A DNA stretch of 64,000 bases from an uncultured Rhodospirillaceae bacterium. Its GTDB lineage: Bacteria; Pseudomonadota; Alphaproteobacteria; MPNO01; UBA830. The DNA is taken from assembly GCA_963977005.1 (NCBI GenBank), contig CAXBMQ010000001.1:347888-411887 (forward strand), written 5' to 3'. Numbering within the stretch: position 1 is the stretch's first letter; each line of letters begins with the position of its first letter. A program made the translations under genes and the position numbers. Of the stretch, positions 9,560-21,085 are shown piece after piece. Below the pieces are notes generated by a model that had not been told where the DNA came from, ran no database searches, and worked only from the letters and a program-made list of their open reading frames with translations.

Positions 9560-10765
9560 TCAGCCCGCCACGTCCGCCAGATGCGGACTGCTCGGAAGCT
9601 TGATCAGACGCCTGTACAGACTCTCGGTCACCGGCGCCGGCATAGCCGGACAATGTGCGTAGGGCTGCAGCGAATGCAGCGGCTTCCACGCCGAACGGGT
9701 CATGATCCCGCGCGCATGGCATAATCGGTGTATTTCATCACGCAGACCTTCCTGCGCCGGGTCGAGCAGGATCGCGTTGAGCCAGTAACTGCTGACGGTG
9801 CCAGGCGGTTCCGCGACAAAGGCGACTTCGCCTATACTGGCCAGAGCCGCCTGATAGCGCTCCGCCAACACGCGCTTGCGGGCGAGAAACCCGGAAAGTT
9901 TCTCAAGCTGGGCGCATCCAAGGGCGGCATTCAGATTGGGCATCCGGTAATTGAATCCGATTGCGTCATGATCGAATTCCCAGGCATGGGGCTTTTTTGC
10001 GGTCGTCGTCAGGTGTTTTGCCCTTGCGCCGATTTCAGGGTCGTTCGTGATGACGGCACCGCCGCCGCCGGTCGTGATGGTCTTGTTGCCGTTGAAGCTG
10101 AGCGCGCCGACCAGTCCGAACGTACCGGTATGGCGCCCGTCGCGATATCCGCCCAGCGATTCTGCGGCATCTTCAACGACCGTCAGACCGAATTGCGACG
10201 CAACGTCGAGGAGCGCCGTCATCTCTGCGGGGTGTCCGAGTATATGCGCAACGACCAGGGCCCGTATCCGCCGGCCGGTCTCCCGGTTGACGGCAATGCC
10301 ATCCTGGCAGTCGAGCACGTCCGCGAGATATTTTTCGAGCGCCGGCGGGTCTACCGCCAGCGTCCGTTCGTTCACGTCGACAAAATGCGGGAGCGCCGCA
10401 CATTGCGAAACGGCGTTTGCGGTCGCAACGAAACCGAAGGCCGGCACCAGCACTTCCTCGCCGGGCTGTACGCCGGCGAGGTGAAGCGCCGTGTGCAGCG
10501 CAGCCGTTCCATTCACTGTCGCGACCGCGGATTTAGCCCCGGTTGTTTCGCACAGCATTTCCTCGAACCTGTCGACGAACTTGCCGACCGACGACACCCA
10601 GCCGGTCTCGATGCATTCGGCGACATAATCGCGCTCGGTATCCGAGAATTCCGGCTCGTGCAGAACGCCGCCCGCGGGCACAACGCCCAGGAGCGCGTCG
10701 ATCAAGCGCGGGATGAATTCGGAAACCGGACGTCCCTCCGCATTCGCGACGGCGCTATCGGTCAC
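9560..10765 (-). CDS. DegT/DnrJ/EryC1/StrS family sugar aminotransferase (LegC/PglE-like)
   Basis: 401 aa. PLP-dependent fold with a conserved Lys region (SFNGNKTITTGGGG). Confidence 0.85.
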   Translation of the reverse strand: MTDSAVANAEGRPVSEFIPRLIDALLGVVPAGGVLHEPEFSDTERDYVAECIETGWVSSVGKFVDRFEEMLCETTGAKSAVATVNGTAALHTALHLAGVQPGEEVLVPAFGFVATANAVSQCAALPHFVDVNERTLAVDPPALEKYLADVLDCQDGIAVNRETGRRIRALVVAHILGHPAEMTALLDVASQFGLTVVEDAAESLGGYRDGRHTGTFGLVGALSFNGNKTITTGGGGAVITNDPEIGARAKHLTTTAKKPHAWEFDHDAIGFNYRMPNLNAALGCAQLEKLSGFLARKRVLAERYQAALASIGEVAFVAEPPGTVSSYWLNAILLDPAQEGLRDEIHRLCHARGIMTRSAWKPLHSLQPYAHCPAMPAPVTESLYRRLIKLPSSPHLADVAG

Positions 10766-11778
10766 GAATACTCGATTTCGTAATTGCCATGAAAATTGCG
10801 CCGCGCATCCACCCGGTCAAACAGATGCTGGTCCAGCGCGTCGGCGAGTTCCGCGATACCTTCCTGAACGGTAAATGACGGCGTAAAGCCCAGCCGGCTG
10901 GAAATCTTGGCAAAATCGACGCGGTAATTGCGCGGGTCCGATCCCTGCTCCTGGTATTTGACGCGGGCTGCCGGAATGCGCTTGACGATTTCATCGACGA
11001 TCATGCGCTTGGTGAAATTGTTCACATCGCCTCCCGCATTGAAGACCTCGAACGACACGTCTTCAGCCGGGGCGGCGAGGACACGGCCGGCAACGTCGGC
11101 GAAATCCTGGACGTGGCAATATGGCCGCCACGTATCCGGATCGTATACCAGCAGTTCCCTGCCCAGCCAGACTTCGCGGACGAATTCGCTGATCGTCAAA
11201 TCGAACCGCATGCGCGGCGACAGCCCGAAAGCCGTTGCGAAGCGCAGAACGGTTGGCGTGTAGTCGACCGAGCCCTTCAGCCCGAGCAGCGTCCGTTCGA
11301 TTTCGACTTTCGCCTTTGCGTAAAGCGAAAGCGGCGCCAGTTCGAATTCTTCGGACGCGATCTGATCGCCTTTGATCAAACCGTAATTCGAACATGTCGA
11401 GACGAAAATGACCCGGTTCAGTCCACGTCCGTTCAGCAGCGGGATACCCCCGGTATAGGCGTCTTCGTTGATCTTCCGGGATTCCGACGGGTATGTCTTG
11501 GTGATCGGATCACCGACCAGACCGGCCAGAAAGATGACGTCCGTCATGCCGGCCAGGGCGTCGGATAAAACCTGCGGGTTGGCAAAATCACCGTAGATAA
11601 ATCGATAGGACGGATCGTTGACCCACGGCAATACCGTTTCCGAATTGTCGTACAGAAGGCGGTCGAGAGTCGTGACCCGGTAGCCTGCACTCAGCAGACG
11701 GGGCGTGATGACGGAACCGATATAACCGGCACCGCCGACAATCAGAACGGATCGCTGATCACCTGATGTTGTATTCAT
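10762..11778 (-). CDS. NAD-dependent nucleotide-sugar 4,6-dehydratase/epimerase (LegB-like)
   Basis: GGAGYIGS Rossmann motif and extended SDR fold. First gene of the sugar operon. Confidence 0.8.
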   Translation of the reverse strand: MNTTSGDQRSVLIVGGAGYIGSVITPRLLSAGYRVTTLDRLLYDNSETVLPWVNDPSYRFIYGDFANPQVLSDALAGMTDVIFLAGLVGDPITKTYPSESRKINEDAYTGGIPLLNGRGLNRVIFVSTCSNYGLIKGDQIASEEFELAPLSLYAKAKVEIERTLLGLKGSVDYTPTVLRFATAFGLSPRMRFDLTISEFVREVWLGRELLVYDPDTWRPYCHVQDFADVAGRVLAAPAEDVSFEVFNAGGDVNNFTKRMIVDEIVKRIPAARVKYQEQGSDPRNYRVDFAKISSRLGFTPSFTVQEGIAELADALDQHLFDRVDARRNFHGNYEIEYS

Positions 11779-11826
11779 GGTATTATCGTAATTTCTCTTT
11801 GATTTGAGCGGATGAGGGACAGACGG

Positions 11827-12570
11827 TCAGGCGGCGCCGACGGCTCCGAAGGCACCGAACAGTCGCAGAAACAGGACAGTCGAATACCCCCCTATGAGTA
11901 TCGTGAACACACGGTCGAAGACGGGCGACGTGATTGCTTCGAAGACGTGCCGTTCGATGATCACGAAGATCGCCCCCGCAAGAAGCGCATAGCCCAGCTG
12001 TTCGACATGCATGACCCCGGGGGTCAGGACCGCGAGCACGGTCAGCTGGATCGTTGCAAAACAAAGGTAGCAAAACGCAATCCGGCCGCGGATCGCGACC
12101 TTGTCGTCAAATGTGCTGGCGGCGAAAATCGCAAGAAGGCCGCCGCCCAGATTGGACAGCCCGTGGACGATGCCGATCGCGAGCAGCCAGACCCGGGGGA
12201 ACCGCCGTACGTTGTCTTCCAGAAACCGGCCGCTGTTCGGCAATAGCCGGATGACGACATAGGCCAGCAGCATCAACGCGACAAAGAGCTCCAGCTCGAC
12301 ATCCAGGCCGGTCGACAAACCGATGACCAGAACGATTCCGAGAGGGAGCAGACACCAGAGTCCGAATTCTCCGACCCACTGCGCCGTGGGCAAAGTGCCG
12401 CGAAGCACCTGAAGCAGGCTTACGGCGATCGACGCGGGCAACACGATCGACAGCGTATCCGGAAACGAATACCCGAGAATGAGAAGCGTCGGCGTTCCGA
12501 GGAACAGGATGCCTATGCCGAACACCGATTGGAGCGCCGCAAAGACGGCTATGATGAGAATTTCGATCAA
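11827..12570 (-). CDS. TauE/SafE (TSUP) family membrane transporter
   Basis: 247 aa polytopic membrane protein with two internally repeated 4-TM halves, as in the TSUP family. Confidence 0.55.
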   Translation of the reverse strand: MIEILIIAVFAALQSVFGIGILFLGTPTLLILGYSFPDTLSIVLPASIAVSLLQVLRGTLPTAQWVGEFGLWCLLPLGIVLVIGLSTGLDVELELFVALMLLAYVVIRLLPNSGRFLEDNVRRFPRVWLLAIGIVHGLSNLGGGLLAIFAASTFDDKVAIRGRIAFCYLCFATIQLTVLAVLTPGVMHVEQLGYALLAGAIFVIIERHVFEAITSPVFDRVFTILIGGYSTVLFLRLFGAFGAVGAA

Positions 12571-12698
12571 TACTTACTGCTGGATTTTCTGCTTTCGCCG
12601 AACCGGCGATCTTCGCGATTTTCCACGCTACCGCAGTCCGGGTGAATCGCTTCCCCCGGGCCGGTCGATTTAAAGTCAGCCCCGTCGGGGCCGGGACG

Positions 12699-13259
12699 TC
12701 ACGCGTGCGCGCTGATGACGTCCAGATTTACCTTCGCCCTGACCTGCCGGCCCATGAGGTCGAGCAGGATGACCACACGCTGGTCGTCCGTCGCACCGTA
12801 AAACCGCCCGATATGATCGGCGAACGCGCCGGACATGATCTGTACTTCCGCGCCTTTTTCGAACGGAACCTTCCGGCCGGTCATGACCAGCCCCCGATCG
12901 TCTTCCTCGTTTCGCAGGGCATCGACGATGCCGGGCGGCACCGGCACAGGGCCGCGCTCATCGCAAATCAGATGTGCGACGCCAATGGTTGAATTGATCG
13001 CACGCCATCTCTGGTCGGGCCCGCTCATGGCGACGAACAAATAGGTCGGAAAAAGCGGCCGCGGCTGCCAGCTGACCCGGCGAGCATGACTGATCCGCCG
13101 CAGATAACGCGGCAGGTAAACGGCGAAGCCCTGGCGCCGAAGATGGAACAACGCCTTCTGCTCACCGTTCGGATGGGTCTTGGCCACGTACCAGCGCGCG
13201 GGGGCGTCGGTATCAGCGGTCACGTCGTCGGAAGACTGCCCGGTTGCGCGATCAGTCAT
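12699..13259 (-). CDS. NusG/RfaH-like transcription antitermination factor paralog (UpxY/LoaP-type)
   Basis: NGN domain signature (WYVAKTHPNGEQKA...YLP) plus a C-terminal KOW-like segment. Located at the head of the long co-directional sugar operon. Confidence 0.7.
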   Translation of the reverse strand: MTDRATGQSSDDVTADTDAPARWYVAKTHPNGEQKALFHLRRQGFAVYLPRYLRRISHARRVSWQPRPLFPTYLFVAMSGPDQRWRAINSTIGVAHLICDERGPVPVPPGIVDALRNEEDDRGLVMTGRKVPFEKGAEVQIMSGAFADHIGRFYGATDDQRVVILLDLMGRQVRAKVNLDVISAHA

Positions 13260-13906
13260 GTGTCAGCACCGGCGGCTTGCGCGACACCTTGAGCATCGGC
13301 GCGGTCAGAACCCGCTCCGGCGGGATCGCCTTGCTGAGCCCATCGAAGACCCGTTGTGCATTCTGAATATCGGTGACGACAACCGCATGGACTTTTTTCA
13401 GATCGGTCAGGCGCCGAACGACCGGTAATCCGGCAAATCGCTCCGGCGCGTCTCCATCTGCGGAGGTGTCGATAATGCCGACGATTTCCACATCCGAGCC
13501 CTCGCGGCGGCAGAGCGTAAAAATTTCTGCGAGATCGCCACACCCGGCAAGGGCGACGCGCGTCCACCGGCGTTCTTCGCAGGACTGGAAAAGCGCGGCA
13601 CACTGTTCACGCGATGAACGGAAAAAATTGAAAGACATCGAGAGATAATCGGCCGTCAGCCGGCTTTTCTCCGCAAACCCCTGGGGCGTCAGGTAATACG
13701 CATACCGGTTCGCCGGAATATGCTGAACCTTTACAAAGCCCTTTTTGACGCAGCGCTTGAGGTAGGCATTTGCGAGTCCGAGGGCGATCCCGAGTTCCTG
13801 GGAAATCGCCCGCTGCGTCGCCCGATCGTCTTCCTCGATCGCGCTGAGAACCCCGAGCGTAATGACATTCGGATCGTTCTCGCCGGTTTTGCTGCTGCCG
13901 TTCGCC
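13252..13906 (-). CDS. winged-helix transcriptional regulator with C-terminal Rossmann/CoA-binding-like domain (Rex-like architecture)
   Basis: MarR/Rex-like wHTH (TQRAISQELGIALGLANAYLKRCVKKGFV) followed by VALAGCGDLA Rossmann-like strands. Start at MANGSS; the longer ORF to 13968 is also possible. Confidence 0.55.
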
Positions 13907-13973
13907 ATATTAACGGATTCTGCCAGGAAGCTTTGAGGAAGACTTGGTCTGCGCCGCAAAGGCACCACGATTT

Positions 13974-14127
13974 GTTCACAGCGTGAACGGAGTATCGTTC
14001 AGATGGTGAACATTACTGCGTTCATTGTGTGAACGTCAAGTCCGGATTCCATCCCGGCTTTTGCCGATTCACACGGATTCACCATGTCATATAAAGTGAT
14101 TCGGCATAAGGCGTTCATCGCGTGAAT
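13974..14127. promoter_or_regulatory. array of four GTTCA-N5-TGAAC palindromic operator-like sites in a divergent promoter region
   Basis: Sites at 13974-13988 (perfect GTTCAC-agc-GTGAAC), 13997-14011, 14020-14034 and 14113-14127, the first three exactly 23 bp apart. Extra TTCAC direct repeats at 14066-14082. Confidence 0.6.
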
Positions 14128-14216
14128 CACGCGATAAGGGGAACAACACGCCGCATTTGTTGACAGTTCCCGCCAATCCAAGTACACGGACGCCGGTCTT
14201 GAATGGTCGGATTCCC

Positions 14217-15500
<1,284 letters not shown>

Positions 15501-15582
15501 TCGCGCGACGCCGTTCTGCGCGTCAAATGTCCGATAGAGCCGGTGCCGAACGAAGCCGGTTTAAAATAAAGCTGGGCACGTT

Positions 15583-17349
15583 CTAGGTATCGCTCAGCCG
15601 CGTCAGCGCCCATTTTACCTGCGCCGCGCCGTGGCTGGTCCCCCCCGCAATGACGATCTGTTCGGACCGTCGTGAATCGTGCCCGTCGCCGAGATAGATG
15701 CTTTCCTGCAAACTGGCGACGCCACCCGAACAGCGCATCCGCCAGCCCGATTTGTCAGGCAGCCGCAGCAGAACCGAGGCGCCGTCCTTCACCAGCGAGG
15801 CCTTGACCGAGGGGTGCAGGTGAAACCGGATTGCGAAGCGGTGTTCGCCCGTTCCTTCGAGCGTGTCTTCCCCGCGTACGTCGGTCCCCGATGCATTGAC
15901 GTAGATCCGGCGGCGGTGGACCAGTCCCAGTGAGGCCTGATATCCGTCATGGCTGAGATCGAGCCACGTATTGCCATCGGCCTCGAGCCTTTCCGCCGTC
16001 ACGTTTTCGGGGCGCTCCCCGATGGAGCCGTCCTCCCGCAGTTCGGTCGAATTCCGGTCGTCGACAATCATGGTCGAATGCGCGGCCGTCGACCGCTGGG
16101 CGAGCTTCCAGCGCGCATCGCGGCCGGCAAAGCCGCCGCAGTTGACGATGATCCGCTGCTTTCCGACGCTCATCTCGAAGCTCAGCGTACCGGCATGCGC
16201 GCCCTTGCCGACCGGCGACGGCGCGCCGCAATCGGCGATCACCAGCGTGCGGTTCGCCATGAAACGCTCGAACCCTGTATGCGGGGCGGAGGTCAGCGGC
16301 TTGCCGCGGGATTCCGCCTTGGTCAGGACCACATCGACCAGCCAGGCCTCGCCCTCGTTCGCTCCGTTGAACAATGCCAGCCCGCCATCGCCGTGACGAT
16401 AGAACCGCAGCATCGGCGCCGCCCGGTCGATCGCCCGCTGCAGGGCTTCGGGCACATCGATATTCGATGCCTGCAGAACCGAGCGCAGGTCGATCAGATG
16501 CCGCAACGCCGCCATCTGCGCCTGTGGACTGCGCTCGATATGACCGCCATCCGGCAGGATCTGCCTTTCGCACATCGCGGCCACGATCTTTACCAGCCGC
16601 GGCGCATACCGCGCACCGCCGGGCAGACACAGGGCGGCATAAACCCGCGCCTTGACCACCTGCATCCGGTCGATGCCGTCGGGCACGAACCGCGCAACAC
16701 GGCGCAGGTGTTTTACCTGTCGCGCAATATTGTCGAGAAACTGGGACGCAAAGGCCGCATCGGCGCCGGCCGAAACAAACTCGGCATGTGTCAGCCAGTT
16801 ACACAACCGGCGCGACAGGACGTCGGGGCGCCACGTCAGCGGATGCCATTTGGGATTTGCCGATATCCAGCTGGCGACACAGTTACGCGCCTGGATACGC
16901 GCGGCCTCGGTGCCGACCGCACGCATGTCGCGCAGCCAGTCGAACCCATGCAGTTCGGCCTGCCAGGCGGGACCGGCCTCGAGCGCTGCGGCGAAGGCAT
17001 CCTCGGCATTGAGCGTATGGTTGAGAAAACGGAACCGCCCGTCGACGAGGCCCGCGCCGCGGTCGGAGCTGCCGGGCCAGTTTTCCTCGGGAATAAGCGT
17101 CAGGGCCTGCGGTCGGCGGCCGCGCAGCGAATTGCTGTAGAACACGCCCCGGAACCAGATCCGCGCGACCCAGTAGATACCTTCGCGCACCATGTCGACA
17201 ACCGGCAGTCGGCGCCCGACAGAGCGCGAACGGGGACGGGGGCGCGGCTTTTGCTCTGCGGCAGGCGCCTTTTCTTCCGGGTTCCGGGGCTCTGCCGAGA
17301 CCAGCGGCTCGTCCGTATCGATAATCTTTGCGTCCGAAGCGTCCGTCAT
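15583..17349 (-). CDS. heparinase II/III family protein
   Basis: 588 aa. Alginate-lyase-like N-terminal alpha-toroid and heparinase II/III-like C-terminal beta domain. Conserved position upstream of rpe in many alphaproteobacteria. Confidence 0.7.
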   Translation of the reverse strand: MTDASDAKIIDTDEPLVSAEPRNPEEKAPAAEQKPRPRPRSRSVGRRLPVVDMVREGIYWVARIWFRGVFYSNSLRGRRPQALTLIPEENWPGSSDRGAGLVDGRFRFLNHTLNAEDAFAAALEAGPAWQAELHGFDWLRDMRAVGTEAARIQARNCVASWISANPKWHPLTWRPDVLSRRLCNWLTHAEFVSAGADAAFASQFLDNIARQVKHLRRVARFVPDGIDRMQVVKARVYAALCLPGGARYAPRLVKIVAAMCERQILPDGGHIERSPQAQMAALRHLIDLRSVLQASNIDVPEALQRAIDRAAPMLRFYRHGDGGLALFNGANEGEAWLVDVVLTKAESRGKPLTSAPHTGFERFMANRTLVIADCGAPSPVGKGAHAGTLSFEMSVGKQRIIVNCGGFAGRDARWKLAQRSTAAHSTMIVDDRNSTELREDGSIGERPENVTAERLEADGNTWLDLSHDGYQASLGLVHRRRIYVNASGTDVRGEDTLEGTGEHRFAIRFHLHPSVKASLVKDGASVLLRLPDKSGWRMRCSGGVASLQESIYLGDGHDSRRSEQIVIAGGTSHGAAQVKWALTRLSDT

Positions 17350-18011
17350 TTGGCACCGCGAAGCCCGCGAATATTTGCGGCATAGCGACGCTTGCCGCCC
17401 TTGAAGGTGGCGCTGCCGGCAACAAGCACATCGGCGCCTGCGGCGATCGCGTCCTTTGACGTCTTCGCGTCGATACCGCCATCGACCTCCAGATCGATAT
17501 CCCGCCCCGAATCATCGATCGCCTCACGCAGGGTTTCGATCTTGCGCAGCATGCCGGGAATGAATTTCTGGCCGCCGAACCCCGGGTTGACGCTCATCAC
17601 CAATACGAGGTCGATATCGGACAATACTTCGCCCACCGCCGACGCGGGCGTCGACGGGTTCAGCGATACCCCTGCCTTCACGCCGAACGATTTGATCAGC
17701 TGGATCGTGCGGTGCAGATGAGGCCCGGCCTCGGCGTGCACGGTGATGATGTCCGACCCGGCATTCGCGAACGCCTCGATATAGGGGTCGACCGGCGAAA
17801 TCATCAGGTGAACGTCGAAAGGTTTCTTGCTGGCAGACCGCAGGGCCTTCACGACGTCGGGTCCGATCGTGATATTGGGCACGAAATGACCATCCATTAC
17901 GTCGACATGGATATAGTCCGCCCCGGCGCGGGTTATCGCGCGGACTTCGTCACCCAGCGCCGCGAAGTCCGCGGAGAGGATGGAGGGAGCGATTCGGACC
18001 GGTTTCTGCAC
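17346..18011 (-). CDS. rpe: ribulose-phosphate 3-epimerase
   Basis: [10 protein letters not shown] and [12 protein letters not shown] motifs. 221 aa. Confidence 0.9.
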   Translation of the reverse strand: MQKPVRIAPSILSADFAALGDEVRAITRAGADYIHVDVMDGHFVPNITIGPDVVKALRSASKKPFDVHLMISPVDPYIEAFANAGSDIITVHAEAGPHLHRTIQLIKSFGVKAGVSLNPSTPASAVGEVLSDIDLVLVMSVNPGFGGQKFIPGMLRKIETLREAIDDSGRDIDLEVDGGIDAKTSKDAIAAGADVLVAGSATFKGGKRRYAANIRGLRGAK

Positions 18012-18060
18012 GGCGTCTAGGTATCAGTTCGGGCGAGTCGCGGCAAGCGAACAGCGCGAT

Positions 18061-19404
18061 TCATGGCGTGTCAATTTTGCGCAGCCGGGCGATATAAAAC
18101 CCGTCGGCACCGCCTTTTTCGGCGAGGTGCGCCGGCGTCACGCGCACGGCCCCCGCCGGGGTGATACAGGCATCGAAATCCGGGACCTCCGCCGCCCCGA
18201 CCGGATCCATCTGTACCGTCTCGTTCCGCTTGAGGAACGCCTCGATCTGGCCGGGACCTTCGGATTCCTGAAGCGAACAGACGCTGTAGACGATGATGCC
18301 GCCGGGCCGGACCATGTCAGCCGCGTGGTCGAGAAACTTGCGCTGCAGGTCTGTCTGGTGAGTCACATCGGCGGCGGTTTTGAGATGGGGAATATCGGGG
18401 TGGCGGCGGATCGTACCCGTCGCCGAACACGGTGCGTCGAGCAAAACGGCATCGAACGACATGTCGGGTGTCCAGGAAAGCGCATCGGCCTTGACGATGT
18501 CGGCGGACAGTTTCAACCGGGTCAGGTTCTCGCGGAGCGTGCCAAGACGTTCGCCCGACACATCGACCGCCGTCACATCGAGCCCCGCCGACAAAAGTTG
18601 CGCGGTTTTGCCGCCCGGCGCCGCGCACAGATCGCCCACCCGGCCCGCCGATACGGCGCTGAGCAGTATCTGCGCCGGCAACGCGGCAGCCGCATCCTGC
18701 ACCCACCACGCGCCCTCGTCGAAACCGTCAAGCGCAGTGATATCGCCGGCGTTGACCAGCCGCACGCTGGCCGCGCCGATCCTCTCGCCGCCGAGACGCG
18801 CCGCCCAGCCGTCGACCGTGGCCGCATCGCCCCGCACGGTCAGGTCGACCGGCGGCGTGAGAATATGCTGCGCCGCGATGGCCGCGGCCGTGTCTTCGCC
18901 AAACGAGGCGAACCAGGATTTCCACAGCCATTCCGGTACGTTTAATCCGTCAGGGAATGCGGCCAGGATATCGTCCGCGCCGGCCCGGACGATGCGCCGC
19001 AGGATCGCGTTGACCAGGCCCTTGAACCGTTCCGGCCCGCGCCGGCCGGCCAGCGCCACGGCGGTATCGACGGCGGCGTGGGTCTGGGTATCGAGAAACA
19101 GTATCTGGCAGATACCGATGCGCAGCGCATTGCGTGCGGCGGCGGCCGAGGGTGGCAACGGCTTGTCGAGACAATCGGCAATCAGCGCGTCGATCTGGCC
19201 GAGACGGCGCAGCGTCGTCGCGACCAGGTTGCGCGCGAACGCGCGGTCCCGGTCGTTCAGCCGCGCGAATTTCTTATCGGTCGCCAGCACCTCGTCGAGC
19301 GGCCGGCCACGGTCGAGAACTTCGTGCAGGACGGTATGGGCGCGTTCGCGGGCCGACAGGCCGATGGTGCCGAGATCGGCCCGGGTATGGGAAGCGTTGG
19401 TCAT
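18061..19404 (-). CDS. rsmB: 16S rRNA (cytosine967-C5)-methyltransferase RsmB/Sun
   Basis: NusB-like N-domain plus SAM methyltransferase (DLCAAPGGKT, PCSATG). Start at MTNASHT; the Arg-rich 5' extension of the 569 aa ORF is unlikely to be real. Confidence 0.85.
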   Translation of the reverse strand: MTNASHTRADLGTIGLSARERAHTVLHEVLDRGRPLDEVLATDKKFARLNDRDRAFARNLVATTLRRLGQIDALIADCLDKPLPPSAAAARNALRIGICQILFLDTQTHAAVDTAVALAGRRGPERFKGLVNAILRRIVRAGADDILAAFPDGLNVPEWLWKSWFASFGEDTAAAIAAQHILTPPVDLTVRGDAATVDGWAARLGGERIGAASVRLVNAGDITALDGFDEGAWWVQDAAAALPAQILLSAVSAGRVGDLCAAPGGKTAQLLSAGLDVTAVDVSGERLGTLRENLTRLKLSADIVKADALSWTPDMSFDAVLLDAPCSATGTIRRHPDIPHLKTAADVTHQTDLQRKFLDHAADMVRPGGIIVYSVCSLQESEGPGQIEAFLKRNETVQMDPVGAAEVPDFDACITPAGAVRVTPAHLAEKGGADGFYIARLRKIDTP

Positions 19405-19456
19405 CGGCGGAAGATACCCGAAAGTCAGCGCCGTACAATGCGCTTGACGATACCGC

Positions 19457-20314
19457 CTAGCCCCACGGGCCGGCGGCGGGCGCGCCGGCCATTGCCCGCA
19501 GCCGGGCGATCCGGTCCTGCATGTCGGGGTGGGTCGAGAACAAACCGTCGATCGAGCGCGCATGGAGCGGGTTGACGATGAACAGGTGCGCCGTCGCCGG
19601 GTTGTTTTCCGCTTCCGGATTGTCGATCGTCTGCGCGCCGCGTTCCAGTTTTGCCAGCGCACTGGCAAGCCACAGGGGATGACCGCAGATTTCGGCGCCT
19701 GCGCGGTCGGCGGCGTATTCGCGGGTGCGCGAGATCGCCATCTGGACCAGCATCGCCGCAATGGGCGCAAGTACCATGATCAGGATGGTGCCGATCAGCC
19801 CCAGCGGGTTGTTGCGGTTGCCGCCGAAAAACATCGCGAACGTCGCCAGCATGGAAATCGCGCCGGCAACGGTCGCGGTAATGGTCATTATCAGCGTATC
19901 GCGGTTTTTCACATGCGCCAGTTCGTGCGCCATGACCCCGGCCACCTCCTCGGTCGACAGGGCGCGCAGCAGGCCGCTGGTCGCCGCCACCGCCGCGTTT
20001 TCCGGATTGCGGCCGGTCGCGAACGCGTTGGGCTGGTCGTTATCGATGATATAGACCCTGGGCATCGGCAGGCCGGCCCGGTCGGCCAGCTGTTCGACCG
20101 TGCCGTACAGGCCGGGGGCCGAGCGCGCATCGACCTCGGTCGCCCCGTACATCGACAGCATCATCCGGTCGGAATTCCAGTAGGCGAACACGTTCATCCC
20201 GACCGCGATGGCGAGCGCGATCAGCATGCCGGTTGGTCCGCCGAGCATGAAGCCGATCCCGACGAACAGCGCCGTCAGGCCGGCGAGAAGTATGGCGGTC
20301 TTGAGGTAGTTCAT
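19457..20314 (-). CDS. htpX: zinc metalloprotease HtpX (M48)
   Basis: HELAH zinc motif, membrane helices, 285 aa. Confidence 0.9.
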   Translation of the reverse strand: MNYLKTAILLAGLTALFVGIGFMLGGPTGMLIALAIAVGMNVFAYWNSDRMMLSMYGATEVDARSAPGLYGTVEQLADRAGLPMPRVYIIDNDQPNAFATGRNPENAAVAATSGLLRALSTEEVAGVMAHELAHVKNRDTLIMTITATVAGAISMLATFAMFFGGNRNNPLGLIGTILIMVLAPIAAMLVQMAISRTREYAADRAGAEICGHPLWLASALAKLERGAQTIDNPEAENNPATAHLFIVNPLHARSIDGLFSTHPDMQDRIARLRAMAGAPAAGPWG

Positions 20315-20433
20315 GTGATTCCAAATCGCGTTAGTGCAGGCGTTATCTGGGGTGATCCGAACCGCTGTTCAAGGGATGCGGCACGCGCGCATACCGGCTT
20401 GGCAAACCGGGAGACACGCTCCATATTGGAAAT

Positions 20434-20658
20434 ATGACCAAGACACCCGAAAAACCACCCGCCGCGACACCGAGGCCGGACGCCGGCATATCCGAAGGCG
20501 GTGCGGCGGAAACCGCGCCGACCCCAAACGCGCCGACCCCAAACACCCCGGCCGCGAAAGACGCTGAAAAGCCGCCGAAGGAAATCGGCGGCCGCGAAGG
20601 CCTCGATCCGACACGCTACGGCGACTGGGAAAAAGCCGGGCGCTGCGTGGATTTCTAG
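20434..20658 (+). CDS. DUF1674 family protein (SDHAF4-like)
   Basis: 74 aa, Pro/Ala-rich, with the conserved C-terminus PTRYGDWEKAGRCVDF. Confidence 0.65.
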   Translation: MTKTPEKPPAATPRPDAGISEGGAAETAPTPNAPTPNTPAAKDAEKPPKEIGGREGLDPTRYGDWEKAGRCVDF

Positions 20659-21085
20659 GAGCGGTTTCCAGAGCCCCCTCCGAATGGGCGCCCACGAAGG
20701 CGATTTCGGAAAGGAAATCAAGGTCTTGGGGTCAAGTATTCAGAAACCCCAAGCGAATCGGCTAATCGGTTGAACCTGTGCGCTTTTATCCGATACAAAC
20801 TGACACATGTTCCCGCTATACCCCGACTTTGATCTTGATTTGTTCACCAATATCCGCTTTCATCTTAACGATTAGACAGCGTCTCCCGGCCAACCCACAA
20901 GATATAGTGGATTTCGCGCCAGGTGACGCGGTACCCCACAAGATCGTCCGTCAGCGCCGCGGCGAGGCAGGACCAACCTAGCGCCGGCAGCGTGGGTTTC
21001 TCGGCGAGGACTTTACCCGCAAGCGGCGACAAGCCATAATGCCCGTATCGAGTGTAAAGATTCTATTAACTCTCGTATTGGATGC

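Noticed and set aside
9553-9722. N-terminal 55-residue extension of the NeuC-like ORF overlapping the 3' end of the aminotransferase gene.
   Set aside because: The conserved NeuC N-terminus (KICFVTGSRADYG) begins right after the aminotransferase stop, so the extension is probably an ORF-calling artefact. The true start is likely a CTG/TTG near 9553-9563.
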